Below, in pieces: positions 46,850-60,106 of a DNA stretch of 64,000 bases. The notes beneath the pieces are model-generated. The model saw only the letters and a list, made by a program, of their open reading frames with translations, made no database searches and had not been told where the DNA came from. The stretch comes from Amphiscolops sp. MND2022 (Eukaryota). Positions within the stretch are counted from its first letter, which is position 1. Every line of letters begins with the position of its first letter. The stretch is from NCBI GenBank assembly GCA_964187785.1, contig OZ076409.1, forward strand, positions 83,886,001 through 83,950,000, read 5' to 3'. A program made the translations under genes and the position numbers.

Positions 46850-49800
46850 GATAGGAACTGCATTTGACTCTTTTTCCACACCTTGATCTCGCATATGCAG
46901 TGGTAGTGAGTTCCATTGCAGTGTAGTATAATGAAAAAACCATGAGTAAAAAGTTGAAACAGATGAAAAATTACCCGTATAGATAAACTGATTGGTACGG
47001 GAATTCCATTGATAAGATGCTGTAAGTTTTTTCAACTGATTTTGAAAAGCTTTTTTCTGATATTTATTGTACTGAAAGAAGTAGTGTACAAGTAATGTAC
47101 AAGAAGAAGATTTGAATATAATCAAGTGACGTATACTGATTAAACCCTTGTTTTTCCTCAATTCTTAAGATGACTTCATGTTTGAACAAAACAACGCTCT
47201 TCGAAGCCCAATTCATGTTTTTCTAGTGAGAGCAATAAAGAAGAACTAATTTTGAAGGAAAACTGAAGAGAGTAGACCAGATGACTCATCACAAGTGCGT
47301 GGAAAAGCATAAGAAGCACTTGTGTTGGGAACCTGTGCTGCACAGTTTCAACAGTTTTAATACCGACTGCCATTATTTTTAGCACCATTTTAACTTGTGT
47401 TTGGAATCCAAGGTGTTTATCAATGGTTACATTTGGTTACAAGTATTTGCAATGGTCTGACTTCTTCACTTTGGTGGAGCCTACAATAATTGTCTCTAAG
47501 TCGTTGAGACGTTTATCAATTTAAACCCGAGAAGGTGATGATTTCTGTTTTATTTGCATTCAAATTCAATTTTTTGAGTCAAAACATTCACCTAACTTAT
47601 ATAATTATATATATACATATATATATATATATATTGTCTTGTAATACATCAAGAGCAGTCTCGGGTTTTTTATCACTACAAAAATAAAAACAATCGTCAG
47701 CATACTGTAAGATATGAGCAGTTCCACTCATGAGTTCTGGAAGATCATTCACATACAAGTTGAAAAACGTCCCTATGACTGTTCCTTGGGGAACACCTTG
47801 TTTCAATTCAATCCATTCGGTATGAAAACCATTTACAGACACTTGTTGCAATCGACCTGTTTAAAAAATTTCTACGTTTTGTTTAAATACGTTCCACAAC
47901 GACTGAAGTTTCTTGAGAAAAATTATGTGTGAAAATGAGTCAAATGCTTTTGATAGATCAAGTAGGACAACATGTAAAATATTTCCAATTTCTTCCTCGT
48001 GTTGGATTGTTCCAATAAAATACAAAATAGCATCCTGCGCAGAAACTTTCGATCGAAAACGAAATTGAAGTGGTGTGAGTATCCCACGATTCTCTGCGTG
48101 AGCAGTTATTTGTTTGTGTAAAAGACTTTAGAGAAGGGAGTAGTGATAGAACTTGTGCGATAATTTAAAGGGTCCAAAATATCATTTTGTTTGAAAATTG
48201 GGGTTATCACTGCACTTTTTTTAGCATCATCCTTGATGCATTCATTCAAAACGAATGTCAGATGAAGGACTAACGTTTGTTGACCGTCAAGAGTTGCCCA
48301 AGGAGGTACTTTGCAAGGGCCAGTTGGTGTGTGAGGATTAATTTATTTCAGAAAATCATAACAATATTTTTCTGTTATTGGGCAAAAGCTGAACGACTCA
48401 TCCCCAGCCTTATATATAAGAGAGTCCTCATACTCTCTCCCAAAATATTGAACTAGATTTGAGAAGATGACGTTGAAGTGTTCCGCAATTTTCTTATCAT
48501 CGACAATCAAGTCTGCAAAAGAATGTTTTAAAGTTGCAGTGTTAATTGATTGATTTTGACCCCTTACGTTGTTTATAAACATCCAGCGGTCTTTTGACGA
48601 TTTGACAGAGATGAAACAATTCCAAGAAACTCGTTCTTGTTTTTCGTTCACGACAGACGATAATTTTGATCGTAGTTTGCTATAAGCAGACCAATTTTCG
48701 GGTGAAGAAATCTTGGTGTATTTTTCATAGTCCAGCTGCCGTTCACGTAGTAAGTTTTTGCATTCCTGGTCTAACCAAGTCTCTTTGAAAACATTCGGAG
48801 ATTTTTTCTTCAGGAAAACGTTTCTGAAAGAAACATGCGTTTCCAGGGCACTTGATAGCAAATAAACAAACAAGTTAAACATAACATTAGCACTTGAGAA
48901 TTGATAGATTTTGGACCATGGAACATCTGACAATGTTTGGCAAATCATCCTTCAGGTATTTTGTCTTATCAAAACTTGGTAGCCTTATGCACTTTTGTTT
49001 ACCCGCACTTACTTCTGTAAAAAAGCAGACGGGAGGGATCAGTTTTGAAGGGTGTGTAAAAAACAGTTTTTTTTCATCATCATTATATTCAACTAGTGTG
49101 TAATCAATGTGGGTTACACTCGAGTTGGTTAACATGGAGAATCTACTGTAAACCCATTAGGTAACACTACTGTGTCCAGATTTTTTTCAAGCAGAGTGAG
49201 GTAATCCAAGTTATAGTCACCCATAAGCGTTATACCCATGAATGATTCACAAGATGCATTATCAAAGTTTGTCATTAAGTTTTCGAAGAAATCAATTTGA
49301 TATTTCTTCAGGGGATTGTACGTTATATTCAAGAGTATTTTAGACTTGCAGGTTTTCGAAAAATTACAGCGACACTTTACCCCTAGCGATTCAAAAGTTG
49401 AGTTATCGAAAAGATTTGAATCATCACGTTCGCTGGGAGCTAGTTTCGAGGGTACAAAAAGCATTACTCTCTCCACCCTTCTTCTTACATTTAGTTGAAC
49501 TTCTGTCGCATCTGAAAACTTTATGAGTTTTCGGAGCTACATTCCATGAAACATTTTGTCGCTGGGAGTTAGCCAACTTTCCGAAATCCCGACTTTGACT
49601 AGAAAATTCAGATGAACAAAGCGTAATTAGGTAGTTCAGCGTCCCATTTTTGGAGCTTGAACAGGTTGCCAAAAACCAATTTTTCATCAGTATTCATGAA
49701 CAAAATTCTTTTTTCGTTAACTGTAAGCACACTGCGAACATTCGCTCTTATTCTCTATTTCTTCAAGTCACGTGTTAGTTTAGCACGAATGGTGGTGGGA

Positions 49801-50000
49801 TCATCATTGACAAATATGTTGATGTTTTTTTAAAATTTCTTTTGTTCTACATAAGTTGGTGTTTAGTTTCTCGTCTTACAAACTTGGCAATCAGTGGTTT
49901 AGCGCCAGTATCTCCACTTGGTAATCGATGGCAGATACTAACATCATTTTAAGTTGGCGCTTTTAATAATAAAAGATTCCGACTACTACAGTCACTGGTT
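46850..50000 (-). mobile_element. Decayed near-full-length CR1/L2-like LINE
   Basis: ORF1-like SICHRLP...PLIAKFVRR (~49900), endonuclease GDYNLD (~49210), and RT DLSKAF, GVPQGTVIG and QYADD; many disruptions. Confidence 0.85.
47600..47634. repeat. (TA)n microsatellite
   Basis: Run of alternating T/A within the LINE. Confidence 0.9.
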
Positions 50001-50099
50001 TTTTAAGACAGACTCGAAGCGACGAACGTTAAAATTAACGTTCAACTACTAATTACAGCACTAAATTACTGGATCGACAAACGAGGAGCCATTTAGGAT

Positions 50100-50825
50100 A
50101 GTGCCAAGGGTCCCCTTTCAGTTATTTCAGTTTTATTGTAAGAATCAAAACCGGACGAAACCGGTCCCCTTTTGAGTTTTTTTTCGGCACTATGCGACAT
50201 TTTTTCGAATTTTTTTGTCTCCAAAGGGTTCCCTTTCAAGTTTTTTGATATTTTACACTAAACTGAAGTTTCAAAAAACCCAAAGGTTCTCCTCTTTTAA
50301 TTTTTTTCGGCACTATGAGACTGGCTCAAAATTCCTATTTTTCCATTTTTCGTATTTTTCTCAAAAACTTTTTTTAATGTCTCGAAAGAGTCTCCCCTTC
50401 AATTTTTCAAATATTTCGTAACAGAATAGATATTAAACAATCCCAAAAGGTCCTCTGTTTTAATTTTTTTGGCACTATGAGGCTATTCAAAATTGTCATT
50501 TTTAAACTGAAATTAGGTTTTCTTGGTATATATTTACCAATAATTTCTCCAAAACTATCTGAAACCTGGATATAATATCCTGAGTAAAGCGCTATATCCG
50601 AATTTATTACGTTATATCAGAATTATATTCCGTTTTACGAAGGAGAAGGCGGTGGTTTAAAAAAGCTCCCATTTATGCCAGCACGCTATATCTGAAGTTT
50701 TGAGACACCCCGCAACAAACTGTATTTTCAAAAAACCCAAAGGGTCCCCCCTTTTCCAATTTCAAAAAGTTTGAGCTTTTTGAGCCTTAGATCTGGCGCC
50801 GACTTTAGACGCTCCCATCTTGTTT
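50100..50825 (-). mobile_element. GTCGGCGC family copy
   Basis: TTTTTGAGCCTTAGATCTGGCGCCGACTTTAGACG terminus; repeated GGCACTATG motifs. Confidence 0.65.
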
Positions 50826-51765
50826 GTTATCGATACACCTGCTTTCTCAGCCACACTAACCACCTTTGTGGCACTAACCACCAAAGACGACTTCACACCG
50901 TTCCTCCTCCACGCCAAAGATCCTTACAATTTCTTTCGCCCATATTGTTCAATGCTGTCAGCCTCGATGACAGGAGACAGATCCCCAGCAGCAGAACATT
51001 GGATCTTTTTGAGTTCCTCATTGGCACAGAAACCACAGAGGAAAGTCCTAGAGAAGAAGTTTCGGGAATCAACGCTGGTACCCAGCTGTTGATCCAGATG
51101 ACGCAGCCGCTCTCATCAACTCCGGGCCCTGTGCATTCGACCAGATGAAAACTACCTTCTTCTTTCATCGTCGGATTTTGCGCTGAAGTTGAATTTTACG
51201 AGATGGACCCATCTTGATGGGCGTTTTAACATTTAATATATTTAAAAAGTTTATCACAGTTAGGCTGAATTAAACAACTTTGCCTACAAGAGGAGCGCGG
51301 AAGAGATGAAGAGACTGCGAAACACCTTTTTTTACTCTCAACTTTCTGAAAACAGAGAATTGTCCAGGGAAAAACTCTTCATCTATGACTTGGAAAACTG
51401 CTTGAAACTTGTTAATTCCACTACTTCTAGTTGCGATTTGCACTTAAAGAAAACGACATTGATACTAACGAGACATCAACATAGGAGATCCACCCATCCA
51501 ACGAACAACAAACTGAACTAGCAAACAAAAGAACTGATGTACTTTACTACAAAATCATGTCAACTGGTGCTAAACATGCCAGCAGAAAGGGGGCACAAAT
51601 AGAAACTACATTATTTCACATAAAACTTGTTTCTACCGGTCGACTGGTAGTAGCTGGTAAGAGTGTATTGTTGGTTCTTTTTGCTGCTTCTGGGATAGTG
51701 ACTTTCACGGGGTTTCCTCCCTTCGTTGCAGATCACTGGTTAGAGTTATAAAAAGTTTCAAAGTG

Positions 51766-53252
51766 AAAATCGTGTCTCGGACATGTCCCCATTTCCTCTA
51801 GTGCCCCGCGGCGCCTTGGGGTCGCTTATGTTCCCATCTTGCTAAGCGAGGTCGAACAGGTGCAAAGAGCTAGCGGGAACGGAGATCGCGAAAAGATCGT
51901 GGTAGGAGCTGGTCTTTGCGACAGTGAGGGCGAGCGTGCATACACCGGATATGCCTCACATTATAATTTCGCTTTCGAAAAGTCTCTTTTTGCAGATGTA
52001 GACGGTATTTGGCCTTTTTGCCGATTCCCATTTTGCCGAATCCCACTTTGCCGAACTTGTAAATGGTCGCTTGGCCTAATGCCATTTGAATTAAACTCAT
52101 TTGGCTTCAATCAATTGGTCAGTTGGCTAAATTTTTTTAAGCTAAGTGTCTCGGGTATTGGTCACTTGGCCTAAAGTTGTTTGACTTGAAACCACTTAGT
52201 TGAAAACACGCGGCAGATTTTGTCGAATTTATCTTTATAACGTAGTCAGAGTACTATTATAAGGCTACGTGGAATCAGGTCCAAAAACCTTTTCTAATTT
52301 GATCTAATTCGAGAAAAAAATAAGTCAATTAGGATCTAAAAGTAAAAAGTGATATAAATTATAAAACGTGCCTCGGATATGTCCCCATTTCCTCTAGTGC
52401 CCTGCGGCCCCTTCGGGCCGCTTTTTTTCCCATCTTGCTAAGCGATGTCGAATAGGAGCGAAGACCTAACGGGAACGGAGATCGCCAAACGATCGTAGTG
52501 GTAGCTGGTCTTTGCGACAGTGAGGGCGAGTGTGCATACACCGGATATGCCTCACATTATATTTTCGCTTTCAAAAAGTCTGTTTTTGCAGATGTAGACG
52601 GTATATGGCCTTTTTGCCGGTTCCCATTTTGCCGAATCCCACTTTGCCGAAAGGGTAAATGGTCACTTGGCTTAATACCATTTTACTTGAACTCATTTGG
52701 CTTCAAACAATTGGTCAGTTGGCTTCGTTTTTCCAAGCTAAATGTCTCAGGTATTGGTCACTTGGCTTAAAGTTATTTGACTTAAAACCACTTAGTTGAA
52801 AACACGTGGCAGATTTTGCCGAATTTATCTTTATAAGGTAGTCAGCGTACTATTATAAGGCTACGTGGAATCAGGTCTAATGAAATAGATCTAAGAGAGG
52901 GGACAAAACTGAGATCTAAATAAATTGATCTAAATAATCAGGTCAAAAAATTTTTTCTAATTTGATATAATTTGAGAAAAAATAAATTAATTAGGATCTA
53001 AAATTAAAAAGTGATGTAAAGTATAAAACGTGCCTCGGATATGTCCCCATTTCCTCTAGTGCCCTGCGGCCCCTCGGGGCCGCTTTTATTCCCATCTTGT
53101 TAAGCGATGTCGAATAGGAGCGAAGACCTACCGGGAACGGAGATCGCGAAGCGATCGTGGTAGGAGCTGATCTTTGCGACGGTGAGGGCGATCGTGCATA
53201 CACCGGATATGCCCCCACATATTTTCGCTTTCAAAAAGTCTGTTTTTGCAGA
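51766..53252. repeat. Tandem array of ~600-660-bp units (two complete, one truncated)
   Basis: CGTG(T/C)CTCGGA(C/T)ATGTCCCCATTTCCTCTAGTGCCC anchors at 51771, 52367 and 53029. Confidence 0.9.
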
Positions 53253-53254
53253 TA

Positions 53255-53465
53255 AAGGCAACTGCCTTGCCCACTTTGCCGGAAATTAATTCGGCAAAAT
53301 GGGCAAGGTAGGGACACTTTGCCGAATTCGGCAAAATGGGGTTCTGCAAACTGTCCCGTATTCATGTAGACAACTGCCTTGCCCACTTTGCCGAAAATTA
53401 ATTCGGCAAAATGGGTAAGGTAGGGACACTTTGCCGAATTCGGCAAAATGGGTTTCGGCAAACTG
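53255..53465. repeat. Short tandem/palindromic TTGCCGAATTCGGCAA repeat
   Basis: Two ~112-bp units (ACTGCCTTGCCCACTTTGCCG...) rich in TTGCCG/CGGCAA half-sites. Confidence 0.8.
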
Positions 53466-54714
53466 GCCCATATTCGGCGTTATTCCCGCTCCTACTGCCA
53501 AAAGAGGAGCAGAAATAACGTCTGAATGCAAAATGGGAATAATATCTGAGCCAAGTCACGCTCGTTCAGAATGAGAAGACATTGAATTTTAGACTTTATT
53601 CCTTAGACAAACGCTGGCCTACTTTATTCGCGCTACTACTGCCAAAAGTGTTAACGAACAAAAAAGTGCCACAGGAACAAGCGAACGGTTCGGGACGAAG
53701 ACCACTTAAGCGAACTTTACTACTTGTAAATCCGCGTTTTAATGTCCGTTTTGTTTCATTAAGAAATATATGTCTTCTTTGCTTCGTAATCGTTACCAGT
53801 TCACATTCCTCTTTGAGTTTCTGAATTGAGATTCCTCCTGGGTCCTTTGAACTCTCTGGTTGCATGATCCTTTCCTTATTTTTTTTATGTTTCCTATGTT
53901 GGTTGGATTTTTTTGTCTGCCGCCCGGGCTGGGGGCACATGATGAATACAGAAGCGTTTTTTAAGAAACGCTGATTGATGACGACGATCCAATTCTGATT
54001 GCCTGATAAAGGAACAAGCGAATGTCGAAAAAGTCAGCGAACAAAAAAAGTCAACGCTAACACATACAAATTTTTGCATATCACTACTGTAGTGCCGTAA
54101 CCCTAAAATACCAGCCGTGTGAACCTTGCCAGTTGCTCAATTTGTTGTTGCAATGTTATATTGCTTAGATTCTATATGCTCGAAAGCTGTTTTTTTTGTG
54201 ATTTACACGGAAATTTGCTCTATTCCTGTATACCCTGAAATTTACCATCGGTCATGCATCTAGTTTTAGAAGCCATTTAAACTATGGCTTCTAATAGCTT
54301 TACATATAGCTAATTTTTTTAAACCTCTATATCATTGCAGCTTTAAAAGAAATTCTACCGGTCGACTGCGATAGCGGCTGGTATGAGTAGTTTGTTGGTT
54401 TTCTTTTTGCTACTGGGATAGTGGCTGATATGGGGTTCACTACTTTCGTTGCAGACCACGGGTGTGTGTCTTCTCCCCCCAACATGATGATACACATGGC
54501 ACTTGATTGATGAGGAAGATCCATGATATATGAATCTGATAGAGGAAAAAATTTAAACTATGATCCTGAGGACGAAACAAACTAGTAGTCCTCCTCGTTA
54601 ACATGCAAGCGTCCGTCGCTTGCCGTTTCAATAGTTTTCTTTACTGTTGGACGGTGTTATTGTTGAAGTATTTTGTTTTGAGCGCTCTGCAAATAAGCTC
54701 ATTTTCCAGGAGAG

Positions 54715-55749
54715 ATGGCAACTGCTCAGAAAGGCGTTCTCTATGTGGGACATCTCCCCTGTGGATTCTACGACACCGCCTTGAAAAGATATTTCAAACA
54801 ATTTGGGCGAATTCGGAAAGTCAGAGTAGAGCGGAGTGTTAAAACTGGTCGTCCGAAAGGCTACGCTTTTATTGAGTTTGTGAATGAAGAAGTCGCCAAA
54901 ATAGCTGCCGAAGCCACTGATAATTACGTAATAAACCGCAAAGTTTTAAAAGCTAAATACATACCACCTGAAGAGATGAAGGGCATAATGCGAAAACGGA
55001 AGAAAGTTGTTCCAAAACAGCGTATAACAGTTAGAAAAACTAATTTGTGCGCACCGATTGGCTTGTCCAAGAGGTCTTTGATCAAAAAACAATCAAAATG
55101 TTTGAAACTACATGAAAAACTTGCTGAATATGGAGTTAAAAACTACGACCTGCTTCCAATAAACCTCGAGAACTTAGAAAAACGAATCGAAGAAAGTGCT
55201 GATAGGAAAGAACGACTGGAACAACTTCGAAAAACTACAAAGGTGGATATAAAGAACAGGAAGCTGAACGAAAATGTTATTACTAGAATAATCAGAGGCA
55301 GAAATCTCATAACGCACAGAAGAAGATTGTTGCGAGCTCAGAAGGCTAAAAAGGCTGTCCTGGAACATAAGCCCGTCAAGAAAGGAGTTTCATTGCGACC
55401 TATGGCGAAGAAGATCGATACATTTGAAAGAGCGCTTGATTCTTTGAGGGAACGCGTTCAGGAACGTGCCAGACATGAAGCGGATAGTAAAGTAAGGGCC
55501 AGAAGGAGAAACGCCAGAAGAAGGTCCAAGCAATATCTGAAGGAACTTGAGAAAGGAATTGTAAAAGAACCCAAATCCAAGCGAAAGTCGACAATTGTTT
55601 TAGAAGTCGAAAACATGAACACCTCCAATGAGTATTCATCGTCAACTGTTACTCTAACGGAAAAAGCAACGTCAAAAGTTTCTGCAAAAGACAGATTAAA
55701 GTCATTTCGACATAAGGCTCAGAATATGCACTACAAATACATGAGTTGA
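54715..55749 (+). CDS. NIFK: NIFK/Nop15-like nucleolar RRM protein, intronless CDS
   Basis: N-terminal RRM VLYVGHLPCGF...TGRPKGYAFIEF..EEVAKIAAEATDNY matches the NIFK/Nop15 pattern; long basic tail. Confidence 0.75.
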   Translation: MATAQKGVLYVGHLPCGFYDTALKRYFKQFGRIRKVRVERSVKTGRPKGYAFIEFVNEEVAKIAAEATDNYVINRKVLKAKYIPPEEMKGIMRKRKKVVPKQRITVRKTNLCAPIGLSKRSLIKKQSKCLKLHEKLAEYGVKNYDLLPINLENLEKRIEESADRKERLEQLRKTTKVDIKNRKLNENVITRIIRGRNLITHRRRLLRAQKAKKAVLEHKPVKKGVSLRPMAKKIDTFERALDSLRERVQERARHEADSKVRARRRNARRRSKQYLKELEKGIVKEPKSKRKSTIVLEVENMNTSNEYSSSTVTLTEKATSKVSAKDRLKSFRHKAQNMHYKYMS

Positions 55750-57151
55750 GTTTTGAAATTTTCCTCAAATTCATTTTTTTTCTGCCTCCTGTTTTTTGTC
55801 TTCCGTTGTTTCTTATGATGCTAATTTGTCGAGATTTAAATCAGCAGTGAATTTGAAGCCGACTGTCAAGCATGAAATAGATTGTCATCCATGGATCCTT
55901 GATTATCAATCGATAGTAGCGATATAGAAAAATCTTCATCATGTCAATTAATGAAGAGATTAGAGCCAGATTTTTATTCTTGCAGTTTAGAGCTTTGTGC
56001 CAATCGAATGGCTCTGAAATTCTCAGATTGAAAAGTTGAAGTTTCTATGGAATCTTTTCATTGTCTGGTGCGGGTCCTGGTAAATTAAATTCTGAATTTA
56101 ACTTGATAGACGTGAACTTGAATTTCAAGAATATTTTATTATATAAATGTACATCACTGGTCATTGTTGGTCTCGATGAGAGACTTATCTTCATCCAAAA
56201 ATCATCTCTAGTTTTTCTGATAATTTGTTGAAACTTTCTCGAGTATTTTTGGCTGTTTTTAACTGACTTATTTTCTTGTTTCGCTTATATGTATCGTAAA
56301 CTGAATTGAGCTCGCAATAACACTCAGCTCAAAAAATTCAGAAAGCAGTTCGCATTTTTTGCAGTTCAAGCTACACTATTCTTGATCACATTCTAACTGT
56401 AGAATTTTGCGAATACAATTTAGTTTAACGTTGAAACATAGTTCAATGATTTAGCTAAGAATAATTCTCTAGTTATAAGAACATCATAAGGAAAAAAATT
56501 AACAGCGTCGTTGGCCCATTTCTAGTGGGCGCATTGAATTGAGATAATAATGAAGGTTTTACGTTAAAGTCCAGGGGTGTATTAATCTCCAGTTTGAGTA
56601 GTTCAGTTTACGGTACTATCGGAAAGTTGATCTTCTTCACTAGTTCACATAAGACTATCCAGGTGCACAGATCATTTTCGCTAAAATTTTCTACAAAAAA
56701 ATTTCTACAAAGAATTTTCGATAGAGGTGACAGAGTCTCGGTTTGAAATTCTTGTGAAATAGAAAGTCCTGTTTGAAGTAGTCGTTCCATGTAATGGCAA
56801 ATTGAAATGTCCGTTTCCAAAAGTATTCAAATTTTTGAAGCGAAAATTTTAGCAATTATAGATTCGTGTCACTTTAGTCCGAGTGGAACGTACTTCTGTC
56901 CTTGTGACATACGTTCTCCAGTAAATATCTACTTCTTCGTTCAATATTTTGGCGAACAGGAGCAAAACATGCAATTCCTGGTATATGAAGAGAGGTAGAA
57001 TCATGTGGGTCAACAGTTTCTCTTTGTAGATCACGTCTTGCTTTGTAGAATCAAATTAGCCTTGTTTCTGCTCAACACTTTCTATCATCTTTTGGATGGC
57101 TTTCATAGAGCAGAACCATAGCTTATAAAAAGAACAACGTAGCTGACAAAA

Positions 57152-57692
57152 GCGTTTTTAGTCGGCGCCTTTTCCCTTAAGGAAAAAAGCCCGACTGTTA
57201 CAGTGAGTAGTTTTTTTTTGTTTTTTTTTCAGTTGACAATCTCACTCTGAGTGGTCCACTTTTCTTACAATTTGTTCATCTTCCATATTTGTTCATCTTC
57301 CATCTTCGACCCAGCCGGAGAGCGTGGGTTCGATTCTCGCACTAAACCATAAATTTTTTAATGCTTCCAAAAGTACAGGTGAGACCAAAGGGTCCCCCCT
57401 TTGGGTTTTTTTTCGGCACTATGCGACTTTTTTTCGAAAATTTTCGAAATTTATCAAAGGGTACCCCCTTGCATTTTTTTGAAGTTTTCGGTTTGTAGAA
57501 AACGTTGAATAAGCCTGAATGGCCTCTTTTTGAGTTTTTCGGCATTGTGCGACTTAAAAAATACTTTTTTCGAAAAAAATTTCAAAAATAATTTTTTTGA
57601 AAAAAAATTTTTTTCCAAAGTTTTCCAATAGTTGTTCCTTGAATATTTTTGAGCCTAAGATATGGCGCCGACTTGGGACGTTCCCGTCTTTT
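57152..57692 (-). mobile_element. GTCGGCGC family copy
   Basis: TTTTTAGTCGGCGCC at the left end; GAGCCTAAGATATGGCGCCGACTTGGG at the right end. Confidence 0.7.
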
Positions 57693-60106
57693 TTCTGTTT
57701 AGCACGGTAGTTCGACTCTTGTTCCGCTTCAGAGCAAAAAGCGAGTTGAGAGCTTTCCCAGCCCTCTTCTTGGCAAGCTCGTTCCACGTAAGCGAGCCTG
57801 AAACAAGCCGAGAACGGCCCAAGTCGTCGCCCGCTCAAGATTCACAAAAAGCAATGTTTTTAAATATGCAGAGACACTTGTGAGAATGTTATCGAATTTA
57901 CAGTCCTCGAAAATACCCAAAGGGACGGCCTTTGAAATAAAAAACGCTTCTTCCCAACTGCAAACTTCAAAAATACGCTTTGTTCGATTTTCTTTTCGGA
58001 ATTGTTCCCTTCGGAAAAAATTATGTGTCAAAACGTGAGCTTTACGCTCGCCAAACGCATTTTTAAAGCCGTTTACAAAATTCTTCGGCACTGTGCAGCT
58101 TTTTCTATTTTTATCAATGTGTCTCCTGGTAATAGATATTTTCAGCAAGTGAATGGCTTTTTTTCGAGCCCTAAGGGGTGGTCCCCTTTCGAGAATTGTT
58201 CGGTCTTAAACATAAAAGTGGTCTAGCCTGGTCATATTGTTTTTCGGTACAGATTTCGAACAAATTGTTCATTTTTGGTCGAGACTTTTTGTAAGAAGTG
58301 CCTGACTCCATTTTTTCTTTCTGTTAGATGACAACTTTCGCGTTTTTCAATCTTCTAGTCTAATTAAAGTGAACTAACAGGCACTAAAGGGTTCTCCTTC
58401 CAAATTTTCCTTATTTTTACATCACCTACGAAACAAAAAATACAAAGCGCTCTTTGACACTGATTTTTCAATATTCCCAAAGGGTCATCTTTAATTTTTT
58501 TTTCATTTTGAAATGAGAAGACTTTTTTGAACGTAAAGGGTGTTTTTCGCCAGTGAGATTTTTTCAAAACTTCGATAGAAACAGCCTTTGAACATATTCG
58601 AAAGACATAAGTAAATGACCCAAAAGTATCCAATTTTTCCTTCACCGCGGTAGGGCTAAAAATGAAAACCGAAGCTTTTATCGTATAAATTGCCTTGAGC
58701 TATTTTAGCAGTAAGTAGGATTTGGATGGTTTTGAAGCTGTTTTCTCACCCATTTATCACATGGGAAGGGACAATGAACCAGCAGCCTTTTTCTAACTAT
58801 TTTTGTCATGCCCAATTTTATACTCGAGATCCTTCCACCTCGAGTCCAACTAACAAAAACATTTGGTTCATAGCAAATGTATTTGTGGAGAGTTTTGAAC
58901 GTTTTGGAAGGTTCCTAAAAATGTCCCAAAAGTGACAAAATGCCTTAAATTTTGTCAAATTGTCAGTTTGGTGCGTTTTTGACGCCATTTTTGAGTTTCT
59001 ATTGTATGAATCAAGGTTGTAATTTTTTGTCATGCCCAACATGGTTATAAATAACCCGTGTTATATTTTTTAAAACATTCAACAATCATTTTTCTAATTT
59101 TTCCATTGTTTTGTGTTCGTGTCCTTGTGTTCCGGGCACGAAATACCCCGTTTCTCCAAGCAGAAAATAAATTGATAAAAAGCTGATCATGTGGCGACCA
59201 GGAACGAAAGTCCCATGCCGACAAACTTTTTTTTATACAAACAATTGGGTGCAAAAGAGGAAAATTTGCGATTTTTTGATAGAATAATCAACAAGGTTGG
59301 CATTGTTTTAAACAGGTGTTTTAAACAAGGGATAGAAAACATGTTTTAAACAGCATTGAAAAAAAAACGTTTTTTATTTTGTTTTTTTTTCCACTACAGT
59401 TTCTCTTACCTCATCTGAAAACGTAAAGGGCCTTGAATATATTCGACACTGTAAGGCCGATATCATGCCTGATGATATGAAAGTTTTAGCAAAAGAAGAT
59501 CCCTTTGTGCCAAGTGTTTTTGAAAATTTTAGAGAGGCATCTACAACCTCATGGTGGAAGCTGTGATTACGTTTGGGCTTTCCTGAAGGGATTCTGCAGT
59601 TTGCTTTGTCTCTTTTACCGGCTGTGTGCAGTTATTTTTCATTTCTTTGAAAAAAACAATAAAAAACAAAAAACATGCATTTTTCGAAAAAAAAACTGTA
59701 TAAAACGAAAAAAAAACATGTTTAAATCGCAACCTTGATAATCAAGAATTTAACCTGTTGTTTTCGTTTTTAACGTGTTAGTTTGTTATTTATGATTGAT
59801 AACCTACAAATTAACAACCCTGGTATGAATAAACAGTGAGCCCAGCAACAAAGCATCTAGCTATTTGGTATACTTTTTAATGGGAAAATCTGCATACCCT
59901 TCTTTTTTGAAAAATGGTAAAAAGTTCCGCAACTTTTGTACAGTTTTGAATGTTTTTATGGGCATGATAATCCATAGAGCTCAACGACAAAACAGTTGCC
60001 TCGGTAGCATAATTTTTATTGAGTGGTTTTTCACTGACTTTTTTCACTGATTTGTGGTCAGTGAGCGCCTTGTTTGAGAACTTGATGGAATTTTAAATAT
60101 ATTGGA

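Noticed and set aside
50771-51200. Overlapping ORFs with protein-like composition
   Set aside because: No recognisable domain, no clean splice sites or ATG context, and it abuts a repeat end.
53596-53940. Basic 114-aa ORF divergent from NIFK
   Set aside because: No homology recognised and no supporting gene structure; it cannot be distinguished from chance.
56600-57110. Possible minus-strand exons
   Set aside because: Short frames that I could not link by consistent splice phases.
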